This document shows, in pieces, positions 21,393 through 31,163 of a stretch of 64,000 nucleotides of DNA; position 1 is the stretch's first letter; every line of letters begins with the position of its first letter. The DNA lies in NCBI GenBank assembly GCA_965116905.1, contig OZ220732.1:3968001-4032000 (forward strand). Reading direction: 5' to 3'. This DNA is from Longimicrobiales bacterium (GTDB lineage: Bacteria; Gemmatimonadota; Gemmatimonadetes; Longimicrobiales; Gaopeijiaceae). The notes below the pieces were generated by a model, which was not told the origin of the DNA, did not search any database, and saw only the letters and a program-made list of their open reading frames with translations. The position numbers were made by a program, and so were the translations under genes.

Positions 21393-24065
21393 TTATCCCT
21401 TCCGCGCTTCGGCCCGGAGCGCGTGCAGCAGGTTGAGCGCTTCGAGCGGAGTCATGCGGTCCGGCTCAAGCGCGCGCAGCCGCTCGACCACGGGATGCCG
21501 CGCCGCGAACAGTGACAACTGGTCCCGGGCGACCTCCGACGAAGCGGCTCCCCCGCTCCGCTGGCCGAGTCCGGCGCCTCCACCCGTGTGTGTTCCCTCG
21601 AGCTCGGCGAGAAGTTCCATCGCACGCGCGATCAGGTGGGAAGGGAAGCCCGCGAGCCGTGCCACCTGGATCCCGTAGGACCGGTCCGCCCCACCCTCTT
21701 CGAGCCTTCTCAGGAAGACGATCCTCTCACCCGACTCCCTGACCGCCACGTTCAGGTTCCTGACGCCTGGAAGAAGATCGCCAAGCTGGGTCAGTTCGTG
21801 GTAGTGGGTCGCGCAAATGGCCTTCGCGCCCACCTGCTCATGGAGGTGCTCGGTGACCGCCCACGCGATCGAGACCCCGTCGTAGGTCGAGGTTCCCCGG
21901 CCGATCTCGTCGAGCAGGACGAGGCTCCGTTTGGTGGCGCCGTGGATGATCGCCGCGGTCTCGTTCATCTCGACCATGAACGTCGACTGGCCCCGCGCCA
22001 GGTTGTCGGAAGCCCCCACGCGCGTGAAGATCCGGTCGCAAACCCCCACGCGAGCCCGGTCGGCAGGCACGAACGATCCCACCTGCGCCATCAGCTGGAT
22101 CAGGCCGGTCTGGCGCAGCACCGTGCTCTTGCCGGCCATGTTGGGGCCGGTCAGGATCACGATGCGCCCGTCCTCGTCCAGGACCAGGTCGTTGGGAATG
22201 AAGTCCTCGCGCGGCATCATGGTCTCGACGACCGGATGTCTTCCGGCCTCGATGTCGATGTCGAACTCCGTGGTCACGTCCGGGCACACATAGCCGCGCG
22301 CTTCCGCCACCTGGGCGAAGCCGGCCACGGCGTCCAGCACCGCGATCCGGCGCCCGGCCTCCTGGATCCGCGTCACCGCGATGGCCAGCTCGCCACGGAC
22401 CCGGAGGAAGAGGTTCTGCTCCAGACGGCCGATCTTCTCCTCGGCCCCGAAGACCTTCTCCTCCCACTCCTTGAGCTCGGGCGTGAAGTACCGCTCGGCC
22501 CCGGTCAGCGTCTGCTTGCGGATGAAGTGCTCCGGCACCCGATCCAGGTTGGCTTTGGTGACTTCCAGGTAGTAGCCGAAGACCTTGTTGTAGCCGACCT
22601 TGAGCGACGCGATCCCGGTCCGTTCGCGCTCCCTCGCCTGCAGGCCGGCGATAAAGTCGCGCGCGCCGTCCCGGAGTGCCCGCAACTCGTCCAGCTCCGC
22701 GCTGAATCCCTCCCGAATCACGCCGCCGTCGGCCAGAGTCGGGGGAGCGTCCTCCGAGATGGCATCCGTGATCAGCGCGTCCAGGTCGTCCAGGGTATCG
22801 AAGTCCCTGCACAGATCACCGAGCAAACGGGTCTGCAGGGCGTCGCCGCACCCGGCAACCGCGGGAAGCTGACGCACCGAGAGCCCAAGCCCCAGCACCT
22901 CGCGCGGGGACGCGCGGCCGGTCCCCACCTTCGCGGCAAGGCGGTCCAGATCCCGAATCGATCCCAGGGCCGCCCGCAGCTCGGCGCGCGTGCCGGGGTC
23001 GGCGAACAGCTCCGCCACCGCCGCCAGCCGGTCCCGGATCTCCCCGGCGTCGAGCAGTGGCCTGAGCAGCCAGGTCCGCAGCAGGCGCGCGCCCATCGGG
23101 GTAGTGGTGGCGTCCAGCACCGACAGCAGCGTCGCATCCCCGTCCTGGGGACGCAGGGGCTCGACCAGCTCCAGGTTGCGCCGCGTCATCGCGTCGAGCG
23201 TCATGACCGCGTCGGGACGCTGGATTCGGGGGGACCGCAGGTGATCGACGGACCCGGGGCGGACCTCCTCGGCGTAGGCGACCAGCGCGCCGCCCGCCCG
23301 GATCAGCAGTTCGTCGCCCTGCTCGAAGCCGAACCCGTCCAGGGACAGCACTCCGTACCGCCTCTGGAGCTCCTCCCCGGCGGCTTCCAAGTCGAACACC
23401 CAGTCGGGCCGGATCGTGCGGACCACCCCATCCCCGAGGTCACACCACGGATCGCCCGACTCGGGAACGAGGACTTCGCGCGGGTCCAGCCGGTCGAGTT
23501 CGTCCCCCAGTTCGTCTGGCCCGGCGTGCAGCAGCACGATCTCGCCGGTCGAGACATCCAGCGCCCCCACACCTGCCACTCGCTCCCCGGGAACCAGCGC
23601 CACGATGAAGTTGTTCCTCGACGCCTCCAGCAGGCTGTCCGACACCACCGTCCCGGGCGTCACCGTCTCGACAACTTCCCTGCGGACGATGCCCCTGGCC
23701 TCGGCCGGATCCTCCACCTGCTCGCAGATCGCGACGCGTTTGCCGAGCTTGACCAGTCGCCCCAGGTACTCGTCGAGCGCCTTCGCGGGCACCCCGGCCA
23801 GCGGGACGCGGCTCGCCGCGCCGTTGTTGCGCGACGTGAGCGTCAGACCGAGCAGCCGCGACCCCTCCTCGGCGTCCTCGCAGAACAACTCGTAGAAGTC
23901 ACCGACCCGGAAGAAGACGAGGGCGTCCCGGTGACGGGACTTCGCCTCCCGCCACTGGCGCATGAGCGGGGTTTCGAGGCCGCGATTCAGAAGCTTTGCC
24001 TGGCAGTCCGTGGATAACGGGATTTCCGATGGAGGTACGATACCGCGGCGATGACCATCGATCAA
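21393..24065 (-). CDS. mutS: DNA mismatch repair protein MutS
   Basis: TPLMRQW, FFRVGDFYELF, TGPNMAGKST, GQSTFMVEM, DEIGRGTST and THYHEL motifs. The true start may be downstream of 24065 (near 23990). Confidence 0.96.
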   Translation of the reverse strand: MIDGHRRGIVPPSEIPLSTDCQAKLLNRGLETPLMRQWREAKSRHRDALVFFRVGDFYELFCEDAEEGSRLLGLTLTSRNNGAASRVPLAGVPAKALDEYLGRLVKLGKRVAICEQVEDPAEARGIVRREVVETVTPGTVVSDSLLEASRNNFIVALVPGERVAGVGALDVSTGEIVLLHAGPDELGDELDRLDPREVLVPESGDPWCDLGDGVVRTIRPDWVFDLEAAGEELQRRYGVLSLDGFGFEQGDELLIRAGGALVAYAEEVRPGSVDHLRSPRIQRPDAVMTLDAMTRRNLELVEPLRPQDGDATLLSVLDATTTPMGARLLRTWLLRPLLDAGEIRDRLAAVAELFADPGTRAELRAALGSIRDLDRLAAKVGTGRASPREVLGLGLSVRQLPAVAGCGDALQTRLLGDLCRDFDTLDDLDALITDAISEDAPPTLADGGVIREGFSAELDELRALRDGARDFIAGLQARERERTGIASLKVGYNKVFGYYLEVTKANLDRVPEHFIRKQTLTGAERYFTPELKEWEEKVFGAEEKIGRLEQNLFLRVRGELAIAVTRIQEAGRRIAVLDAVAGFAQVAEARGYVCPDVTTEFDIDIEAGRHPVVETMMPREDFIPNDLVLDEDGRIVILTGPNMAGKSTVLRQTGLIQLMAQVGSFVPADRARVGVCDRIFTRVGASDNLARGQSTFMVEMNETAAIIHGATKRSLVLLDEIGRGTSTYDGVSIAWAVTEHLHEQVGAKAICATHYHELTQLGDLLPGVRNLNVAVRESGERIVFLRRLEEGGADRSYGIQVARLAGFPSHLIARAMELLAELEGTHTGGGAGLGQRSGGAASSEVARDQLSLFAARHPVVERLRALEPDRMTPLEALNLLHALRAEARKG

Positions 24066-24107
24066 CGGCCCCGCCAGGCGCCGCGGTGCATCGCCGAGGA
24101 TGCGGCG

Positions 24108-26354
24108 CTACCCCAGGTCGACGCGCCGCAGCCGGTTCGCGTTGGCGACGACCGTGACCGAGCTGAACGCCATGGCCGCCCCCGCGATCATGGGAGAAAG
24201 GAGCAGGCCCAGCGAAGGGTAGAGAGCCCCCGCCGCAACCGGGATGCCGATCACGTTGTACGCGAATGCGCCGACCAGGTTCTGTGCGACATTGCGCCGG
24301 GTCGCGGCGGATATGCGGAGCAGTGTGTCGACACCGCGCAGGGAGTCGCCGAGAAGGGCGACGTCACCGGTTTGCAGGGCGACATCGGTCCCGCTCCCCA
24401 TCGCGACGCCGACATCGGCCGTGGCCAGTGCGGGAGCGTCGTTGATTCCGTCGCCGACCATTGCGACCACGCGTCCCGCCTCGCGCAGCGCGACGATCTC
24501 GGCGGCCTTCTCCTCCGGGGAGACCCGCGCACGCACTCGTTCGATCCCGACCTCCGACGCGACTCTCGTGGCCGCGGACTCCTCGTCGCCGGTCAGCATC
24601 ATGACCTCCACCCCCCGCGCGCGCAGGCGTTCCACCGCGGCCCGGGCCCCGGAACGCACCGTGTCGGCCACCGCGAAGGCCCCCATCGCGGCTCCGTCGA
24701 CCGCCACCACGACCGGGGTCCCCCCTTCGGCGGCACCCCGGTCGAGGTGCGCACGCACCGGCGCGGCCGCGACCCCCGCGCTCTCGAGAAACTTCGGCGA
24801 GCCCACGAGCACCCGCCTGCCGGCGACCACCGCGGAGGCTCCCAGCCCGGGGTGCGCCGCGAAGTGCGCCGCCTCCCCGGCCCGGATCCCCCGCTCCCGC
24901 GCGTGCGCCACGATGGCGCGCGCGGCAGGGTGTTCCGACATCGCCTCCACCGCAACGGCCGTGGCCAGGAAGTCCTCCATGTCCACGCCGGGCGCCGGGT
25001 TCGCATGCGTCACCGCGGGCTTGCCCAGGGTGAGGGTGCCGGTCTTGTCGAGGACCACCGTGTCGACGTCGCGCGCGCGCTGCAGCGATTCGCCGTCGCG
25101 GATCAGGACGCCGTGCCTCGCCGCCCGGCCGATCGCGATCATGATCGAGATCGGCGTCGCGAGGCCCAGCGCGCACGGGCACGCGATCACCAGCACGGCG
25201 ACGGCGGTCACCATGGCCAGGTTCACCCGCGGTTCGGGCCCGAAGAGGAACCACACCCCGAACGTGATCACGGCGACGGCCACCACCGCCGGGACGAAGT
25301 AGCCCGCCACGCGGTCCACGGTTCGCTGTATCGGCGGCTTGGTCCCCTGCGCCTTCCTGACCATGGCGACGATGCGGGAAAGGACCGTGTCGGAGCCGAC
25401 CCGCGTGGCGAGCACCGTCAGCGCCCCCGTCCCGTTGACCGTCCCGCCCACGACCTCATCGCCCGGGGCCTTGTCCACCGGCGCGTTCTCGCCGGTCAGC
25501 ATGGACTCGTCGACCTCGCTCCGGCCGTCGAGGACCCGGCCGTCCAGGGGGACTCCGGCACCGGGGCGCACCAGGAGCACGTCGCCGGGGACGACCTCCG
25601 CCACCGGAACCGTCTCGACGTCCTCGCCGGCGACGCGGTCGGCCGTCTCGGGTGTGAGGTCGAACAGGGCCCTCAGCGCCTTCGCCGTGCGGCCCTTCGC
25701 CTTCGCTTCGATGGCCTGACCGAGCACCACCAGCGTGATGACCACCGCCACCGCCTCGAAGAAGGGGCGGCCGCTCCCGGCCGGGAAGAGGTGGGGAGCG
25801 GCCACCGCCACCGTCGAGTACAGCCATGCCGCCCCGGTTCCGAGCGCGACCAGCGTATCCATGGTCGAGGTGCCTGCGCGCGCGGCGGACCAGGCGCCCG
25901 TGAAGAAGCGCCGGCCGACGTACACGAGAATCGGCAGGGTCAGGGCGGCCGAGAGCCACCACCCGGCGCGGAGCATGTCGGCGGTGAGCGCGGGGAGTCC
26001 CGGGACCATCTCCCAGTGCCCGATCACCACCACCGGGAGACCGCAGACGACGCCGACACGAAAGCGCCTCATGAGGTCGGCCTGCTCGGCATCCCTGTCC
26101 CGGTCGCGTTCGACCGCCGCCTCCAAGGCCGCACCGGAGCCGGCAAGCACCTCGGCGCCGTATCCCGCGCGCTCGACCGACTCCACCAGCGCCTCGGGGT
26201 CGGGTACGGCGTCTCCGTGACTCACGGTGGCCAGTTCGTCCACGAGGCTCACGCTGGCCTCCACCACACCGTCGACGGTGCCGAGGGCCCGCTCGACCGT
26301 GGTCACACAGGCGGCGCAGTGCATCCCGCGCACGCTCAACTGGACGTCGGTCAC
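24108..26354 (-). CDS. copA: Cu(I)-type heavy-metal P1B ATPase (CopA-like)
   Basis: [42 protein letters not shown] and MAFSS (P1B-1 signatures); GTG start at 26354. Confidence 0.9.
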   Translation of the reverse strand: MTDVQLSVRGMHCAACVTTVERALGTVDGVVEASVSLVDELATVSHGDAVPDPEALVESVERAGYGAEVLAGSGAALEAAVERDRDRDAEQADLMRRFRVGVVCGLPVVVIGHWEMVPGLPALTADMLRAGWWLSAALTLPILVYVGRRFFTGAWSAARAGTSTMDTLVALGTGAAWLYSTVAVAAPHLFPAGSGRPFFEAVAVVITLVVLGQAIEAKAKGRTAKALRALFDLTPETADRVAGEDVETVPVAEVVPGDVLLVRPGAGVPLDGRVLDGRSEVDESMLTGENAPVDKAPGDEVVGGTVNGTGALTVLATRVGSDTVLSRIVAMVRKAQGTKPPIQRTVDRVAGYFVPAVVAVAVITFGVWFLFGPEPRVNLAMVTAVAVLVIACPCALGLATPISIMIAIGRAARHGVLIRDGESLQRARDVDTVVLDKTGTLTLGKPAVTHANPAPGVDMEDFLATAVAVEAMSEHPAARAIVAHARERGIRAGEAAHFAAHPGLGASAVVAGRRVLVGSPKFLESAGVAAAPVRAHLDRGAAEGGTPVVVAVDGAAMGAFAVADTVRSGARAAVERLRARGVEVMMLTGDEESAATRVASEVGIERVRARVSPEEKAAEIVALREAGRVVAMVGDGINDAPALATADVGVAMGSGTDVALQTGDVALLGDSLRGVDTLLRISAATRRNVAQNLVGAFAYNVIGIPVAAGALYPSLGLLLSPMIAGAAMAFSSVTVVANANRLRRVDLG

Positions 26355-26356
26355 CG

Positions 26357-27364
26357 CTACGCCGCCCCCGCGGAGCCCCGCCGGCGCGCCTGCAGGCCGA
26401 GCAGCCACTCTTCGAGCAGGACTTCGTCGGGGATCGCGCTGGCCTTGAGCAGCTGGTCGAGACGCCGGAGTCCGTGAAGCGCGCGAGCCAGGTCGGCCCG
26501 CGTCCAGCGCCGGGCCTGCGCGGTGATCCTTCGCGCGAGGAAGCGCTGGTACGGTGGCAGCGCCGCCTGCAGAGCAGCCGCGCCTCCCTCCATGGCCACA
26601 CCGATGCGCAACAGTGTGGTCGACAGGCCGATCACCAGGCCCACGGCGGTCTCACCCTGCGCGAGCAGGACCGGAAGTCCCCCGACGGCCTCGTTGACCC
26701 GCCGGTTGCCGACCAGATCGAACCACGCCCAGCGGTCCTGCTGCGGCAGCTGGAGCCCGCCCTTTCGCACCGCATCCACATCCACGGGCCGGTCCGGCCC
26801 CACCATTGCGACGAGCTTGCGCACCTCCTGCGTCAGCACCCCCAGGTCCGTCCCCGCCGCTCCCGCCAGTGCCTGTGCGGCCTCGATCTCGATCGTCGCG
26901 CCGAGCTCTCCGTCCGCCCAGGACACGAGCCACGCCGGAGTCGCGTCGGCGGACACCGGCCTGAACTCGACGGCCTGCGCGGTGCGGGCCAGATCCTTGT
27001 AGAACTTTGCCCGGGACTGCTTCGGCACGGAGGCCTGCAGGATCAGCACGAGGCCCGGGGGCGGGCTTCCCGCGGCGTCAAGCACCACCTTGCGCGCCGC
27101 CGGACTGGACGCCAGCGCTTCGACCTCCCTGACCAGCACGACACGCCAATCGGCCATCATCGGCGGGGTCGAGATCACCGATGCGAGCCGCTCCACGGAA
27201 ATCTCGGATCCCCGGAGCACATCGACGTTGAAGTCGCGCGTCGCCGCATCGGCATACTGCTCGACGAGGGCCCTGGCGGCGGTGTCCTTGCGGTACTCGT
27301 CACCGCCGTGGAGGAAGAACACGCCCCCCTTGCCGGGGGCGCTCAGGGACCGGGGCAACGACAC
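26357..27364 (-). CDS. holA: DNA polymerase III delta subunit
   Basis: [43 protein letters not shown] and LDQLLKAS motifs. Confidence 0.85.
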   Translation of the reverse strand: MSLPRSLSAPGKGGVFFLHGGDEYRKDTAARALVEQYADAATRDFNVDVLRGSEISVERLASVISTPPMMADWRVVLVREVEALASSPAARKVVLDAAGSPPPGLVLILQASVPKQSRAKFYKDLARTAQAVEFRPVSADATPAWLVSWADGELGATIEIEAAQALAGAAGTDLGVLTQEVRKLVAMVGPDRPVDVDAVRKGGLQLPQQDRWAWFDLVGNRRVNEAVGGLPVLLAQGETAVGLVIGLSTTLLRIGVAMEGGAAALQAALPPYQRFLARRITAQARRWTRADLARALHGLRRLDQLLKASAIPDEVLLEEWLLGLQARRRGSAGAA

Positions 27365-27391
27365 CGTCGGGACTGGAAAGAGGGTTCGCGC

Positions 27392-27940
27392 CTAATGCTG
27401 GTCCAGCCCGGCCTCGACCTCGCGAGCGATCGCGCGGGCGGGCGTCTGCCCGTACTCGAAGAGCATGGAACGCGCGATCTCGACCGGGGCCGCCCGCGCC
27501 GGCGGCGCGGGGAACGGGCGGGGCACCGAAAACATGAGCGGCGTCAACGGCACGGTGGGCGCGCTGGCCACGACGGGTGGCATGTCCACCTCGGGCGTCT
27601 GCAGCGCCAGGAACGGGAGCCAGGCCGCGGCCGTCAACAGCACCGTCACAATCAGGGACGCGGCCAGCGTCATTCCCGACCCCGCGGCGCCCAGCGCCCT
27701 GGGCCTGAGTTCTTCCATGCGGGCCAGGCGGCGAACGGCGACAACCCTGGTCGGCTGGGCAGCCATCTCCGGCCGCCCCGCGCGCAGGACCTGGACACCC
27801 CTGCGAATGACCCGGTCGTACCGGGCGCAGGAAGCGCACGCCTCGATATGCCGGGTCCATCGTGATCTGGCCTCGGGCTCGAGGCGACCGTCGCGGTAAT
27901 CCGAATAGCCGTCCAGAAAGCGCCGGCACTCCAGCGGCAC
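27392..27940 (-). CDS. Zinc-finger (zf-HC2/ZAS) membrane-anchored anti-sigma factor
   Basis: CRRFLDGYSDYRDG...HIEACASC (HxxxCxxC), then a TM helix; downstream of the ECF sigma. Start uncertain (GTG 27940 or further upstream). Confidence 0.8.
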   Translation of the reverse strand: MPLECRRFLDGYSDYRDGRLEPEARSRWTRHIEACASCARYDRVIRRGVQVLRAGRPEMAAQPTRVVAVRRLARMEELRPRALGAAGSGMTLAASLIVTVLLTAAAWLPFLALQTPEVDMPPVVASAPTVPLTPLMFSVPRPFPAPPARAAPVEIARSMLFEYGQTPARAIAREVEAGLDQH

Positions 27941-28251
27941 GGGGCGCGCTTCACGGCGCGCTCGCCACAAACCCGAGATCTTGCCTTTCACCACACCTGG
28001 TATCCGTCGCTTCGTGCCAATGTCGCCTGGTGCCAATATCGATCCGGCAACCAATATCCTCGCCGGGGGCCCGTCCCGCCAGAGGCGCCGAAGCCACCGA
28101 CACCGACGCCGACCCCGACGCAATTGTATACAGCCGGGCGGTGATGAAGGTTCCCGGCAGGCGGACGTTCAGGCAGGCAGAGATCCGGGCGGACGTTCAG
28201 GCGGACGTCCGGAGATGCAACCGGCCACCGTCGGCCCCGTGGCCGTCCGGT

Positions 28252-28908
28252 TCAGTCGACCATCGGCGCGATGATCCGCGCGAAGTTGTTGCGGGCGCGG
28301 TTCAGCCGACTCTTGACCGTACCCAGGTTGCAGCCCGTGATCTCGGCGATTTCCTCGTAGGTCTTGCCCTGCAGCTCCCTCAGCACGAAGACGGTCCGGT
28401 GGTGGTCCGGCAGCCCATCCACCGCCTCGCTGACCTTCTCCTTCAGGAAACGACGGCGATACAGATCGTCCGGACGCGTCTTGGGGTCTTCCCACTCGAG
28501 CGGCCGATAGTCCGCGTCCCAGTTCCGGGTGACCGTCTGAAAGAGCACCAGGGGGTTTCTGGCACGATTCCGCAGTTCATTCTTGGCCAGGTTCCCGGCG
28601 ATCGTGTAGATCCACGTCGAGAACTTCCTGGCCTGGTCGAAGCGATGCAGGTGCCTGTAAACACGCACGAAGGTCTCCTGGACGAGGTCCTCGGCCCGCT
28701 CGCGGTCTCCCACGGTGCGGTGGACAAAGCTCTGAAGGCGCCTGTCGTAGCGGCGCACCAACTCGGCAAAGGCGCTGTCGTCGCCATCAAGGAAACACTG
28801 AACAACCTGGCTGTCGTTCAGGGCGGCGAGGCGCCGTTTCATCTCCCTGGCTGAACGGCGTCGGCTGCCGCCGTTCTGATCGGCCTGAAGCAGCTTGGCT
28901 CGTGCCAT
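28252..28908 (-). CDS. ECF RNA polymerase sigma factor (RpoE/SigW-like)
   Basis: AFAELVRRY, AEDLVQETF, FSTWIYTIAGN and YEEIAEITGCNLGTVKSRLNRAR (regions 2 and 4). Confidence 0.93.
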   Translation of the reverse strand: MARAKLLQADQNGGSRRRSAREMKRRLAALNDSQVVQCFLDGDDSAFAELVRRYDRRLQSFVHRTVGDRERAEDLVQETFVRVYRHLHRFDQARKFSTWIYTIAGNLAKNELRNRARNPLVLFQTVTRNWDADYRPLEWEDPKTRPDDLYRRRFLKEKVSEAVDGLPDHHRTVFVLRELQGKTYEEIAEITGCNLGTVKSRLNRARNNFARIIAPMVD

Positions 28909-28989
28909 GTTGCCACGCTCCTCTCAACAGACTGCGGAAACGAAACCACCCTGCAACCCCCGCGCAGGGTGCTCTGCCACGCTGAATGC

Positions 28990-29004
28990 GCAGGAACCGT
29001 GCCA
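28990..29004 (-). promoter_or_regulatory. Putative sigma54 (-24/-12) promoter upstream of the ECF sigma gene
   Basis: Minus strand TGGCACGGTTCCTGC versus consensus TGGCACG-N4-TTGC: exact GG-N10-GC spacing, one mismatch. Confidence 0.65.
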
Positions 29005-29196
29005 AACGGACTGCCGCATGCCCACTGGGTCTCCGCGCTGAATGTGTCCTCGGCTGGGGACACCCGATTCCCGCTGGAAAGACAGGGGGGACGGCGGGCC
29101 GGCGGGCCGTCGACAACGTCCTGGCCAGTCGGGGCCGCGCCCTGGGTTGCTCCTCGGGGCCGCAACGCTGCGTTGCTCCTCGGGCCCCCAGCGCTG

Positions 29197-29793
29197 CTAT
29201 GGGTCCTGAGCCGGATCCCGCGCCGAATCGTGCGCCCCGCCGCGCAGCAGGAAGCGCGCTCCGTACAGGATCGTCACCAGGGTCTTGCCGTCGGTGATTT
29301 CTCCCGAGCGCACCATCGCCAGAGCCCCGGAAAGCGGGAGACGCACGACCTCGAGGAACTCGTCCTCGTCGGCCTGCGCGCGGCCGCGCACCAGGTCGAA
29401 CGCGGCGTAGAGGTGGATCTCCTCGTTGGTGAAGCCGGGCGTGGTGTGGATCGTGGTCAGCGCGACCAGCCGGCCCGCGCGCACGCCCGCCTCCTCTTCC
29501 AGCTCGCGCATCGCGCACTGCTCCCAGCTCTCCCCCGGCTCGATGATCCCCGCCGGGACCTCGTAGATATACCCGCCGGCGGCGTACCGGTACTGGCGCA
29601 CGAGGAGAACATCCGGGTCCTCGTCGCGTTCGCTCCCGAGCACGGGCAGCACGGCGGCCGCGCCGCGGTGGCGCACGAGCTCCAGTTCACCGACCGAACC
29701 GTCGGGGAAGCGAACCGTGTCGACGCTCAGGTGCACGACCCGGCCGTCGTGAATGAGCGACGTGTTCATCAGGGCTCGCCGGTCCTCGCTCAT
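29197..29793 (-). CDS. Nudix hydrolase (ADP-ribose pyrophosphatase-like)
   Basis: LLVRQYRY, Nudix box PAGIIEPGESWEQCAMRELEEEAG, TPGFTNE and ITDGKT motifs. Confidence 0.9.
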   Translation of the reverse strand: MSEDRRALMNTSLIHDGRVVHLSVDTVRFPDGSVGELELVRHRGAAAVLPVLGSERDEDPDVLLVRQYRYAAGGYIYEVPAGIIEPGESWEQCAMRELEEEAGVRAGRLVALTTIHTTPGFTNEEIHLYAAFDLVRGRAQADEDEFLEVVRLPLSGALAMVRSGEITDGKTLVTILYGARFLLRGGAHDSARDPAQDP

Positions 29794-31163
29794 GCGCCTG
29801 CTTCCGGCCCGCTCTCGTCGTGGACATGGACGGGGCCGATGTCCAGCCCCTCGAGCTGCCCGGCCACCTCGTCGGCGTCACCCACCACGACGGTGCACAG
29901 CTCGCCCGGGCGGAGATGCGCGCGGGCGGCGGCCGCGACGTCCGCCTTCGTCACCCTTCCGATCCTCTCGCGGTACCTGCGGTAGTAGTCGTCGCCGAGG
30001 TCGTAGACGATCATTCCGGCGACTCTGGAGGCGATCTGACCCGTCGTCTCCGCCCGCAGCGGAAACACGCCGGCGAGGTAGCTGCGCGCGGTCTCCACCT
30101 CCTCCGGTTGCGGGCCGGTCGCCACGATTCCCTCGATCTCCCTGACGATCTCGGCCACCGCGGCTCCGGTCACGGCGTTCTCGACCGCGGTGGACACGGC
30201 AAATGGCCCCGGTCCCCGCCGGGGGGAAAACGACGAGGTCACCCCGTAGGTGAAGCCGTGCCTCTCGCGCAGATTCAGGTTGAGCCGCGACGAGAACGAG
30301 CCGCCCAGGATGAGGTTGAGCACGATCGTCGCAAAGTAGTCGTCCACCGCGCGGTCGACTCCGACGTGCCCGATGCGGATCTGGGACTGGACCGAGCCCG
30401 GCCGGTGCACCACGTGAACGGTCCGCTTCCGGCTGCGCGGGCGCACGCTGGGCTCCGGGGGCGCTTCAACGTGCCGCTGCCAGCCACCCAGGGCTTCCTC
30501 CGCAACGGACATCGCCTCGGCCGGTGCGAGGTTCCCCACGATCACGACCGCTGCCTCGGCCGGACCGTAGCGACACGCTGCAAACGTGCGCGCATCGTCC
30601 GCGCCGAGGCGTGTGAGCGAGGCCTCGACCCCTCCCAGCGGCCGGCCGTAGGTCGCGCCGTTCGCGAAAACGAAACGGGCGTGCGCATCGACCGCCAGCG
30701 CCGAGGGGTTCATCCGCCTGTGTGCGGCAGTCGCCAGCCGCTGCTGCCGGTAGCGCTCGAACTCCGCCTCCTCGAAGGCCGGCCGGCGGACCATCTCCGC
30801 CAGAAGCGGCATGGCCCGCGCCACGTGCTCGGCCTGGCAGGAGACGGCCACCGTCGTCGAATCCCAGCCGGTCGCCGCGCCAAAGCTCGCGCCGACGCCC
30901 TCGAGCGCCAGCGCCAGCTCCGCGCTGGAAAGACGCGAGGTCCCTCCCTCGAGTGCGTCGGCGGTCAGAACCGCCAGGCCGGAGTCACTCGCCGGCACGG
31001 CGGTCTCGCCGGCGCGCAGCAGCACCATCGCGGTCACGATCGGAAAGGTGTCCTGCGAGACCAGGCGCACGTCCATCCCGTTGCTCAGGCGCTGCCGGTC
31101 GATCCCGGGGAAGTCGTAGGGGCGGATCGGACCGGCCGCGGGCGGAGAACGGCCGATGCTCAT
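29790..31163 (-). CDS. M16 family peptidase, non-catalytic subunit
   Basis: LSNG start and LGGSFSSRLNLNLRERHGFTYG; lacks HxxEH. ATG 31163 overlaps the upstream stop. Confidence 0.88.
   Translation of the reverse strand: MSIGRSPPAAGPIRPYDFPGIDRQRLSNGMDVRLVSQDTFPIVTAMVLLRAGETAVPASDSGLAVLTADALEGGTSRLSSAELALALEGVGASFGAATGWDSTTVAVSCQAEHVARAMPLLAEMVRRPAFEEAEFERYRQQRLATAAHRRMNPSALAVDAHARFVFANGATYGRPLGGVEASLTRLGADDARTFAACRYGPAEAAVVIVGNLAPAEAMSVAEEALGGWQRHVEAPPEPSVRPRSRKRTVHVVHRPGSVQSQIRIGHVGVDRAVDDYFATIVLNLILGGSFSSRLNLNLRERHGFTYGVTSSFSPRRGPGPFAVSTAVENAVTGAAVAEIVREIEGIVATGPQPEEVETARSYLAGVFPLRAETTGQIASRVAGMIVYDLGDDYYRRYRERIGRVTKADVAAAARAHLRPGELCTVVVGDADEVAGQLEGLDIGPVHVHDESGPEAGA

Noticed and set aside
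19300..26477. Long plus-strand ORFs (792, 809 and 808 aa)
   Set aside because: Mirror ORFs of cbs, mutS and copA caused by stop-poor GC-rich reverse frames.
28006..28037. Two TTGGCAC motifs on the minus strand as sigma54 promoters
   Set aside because: Neither has the -12 TGC at the required spacing; kept only as a tandem repeat.
28964..28979. Second sigma54-like motif TGGCAGAGCACCCTGC (minus)
   Set aside because: GG-to-GC spacing is one base too long, and sigma54 spacing is strict.
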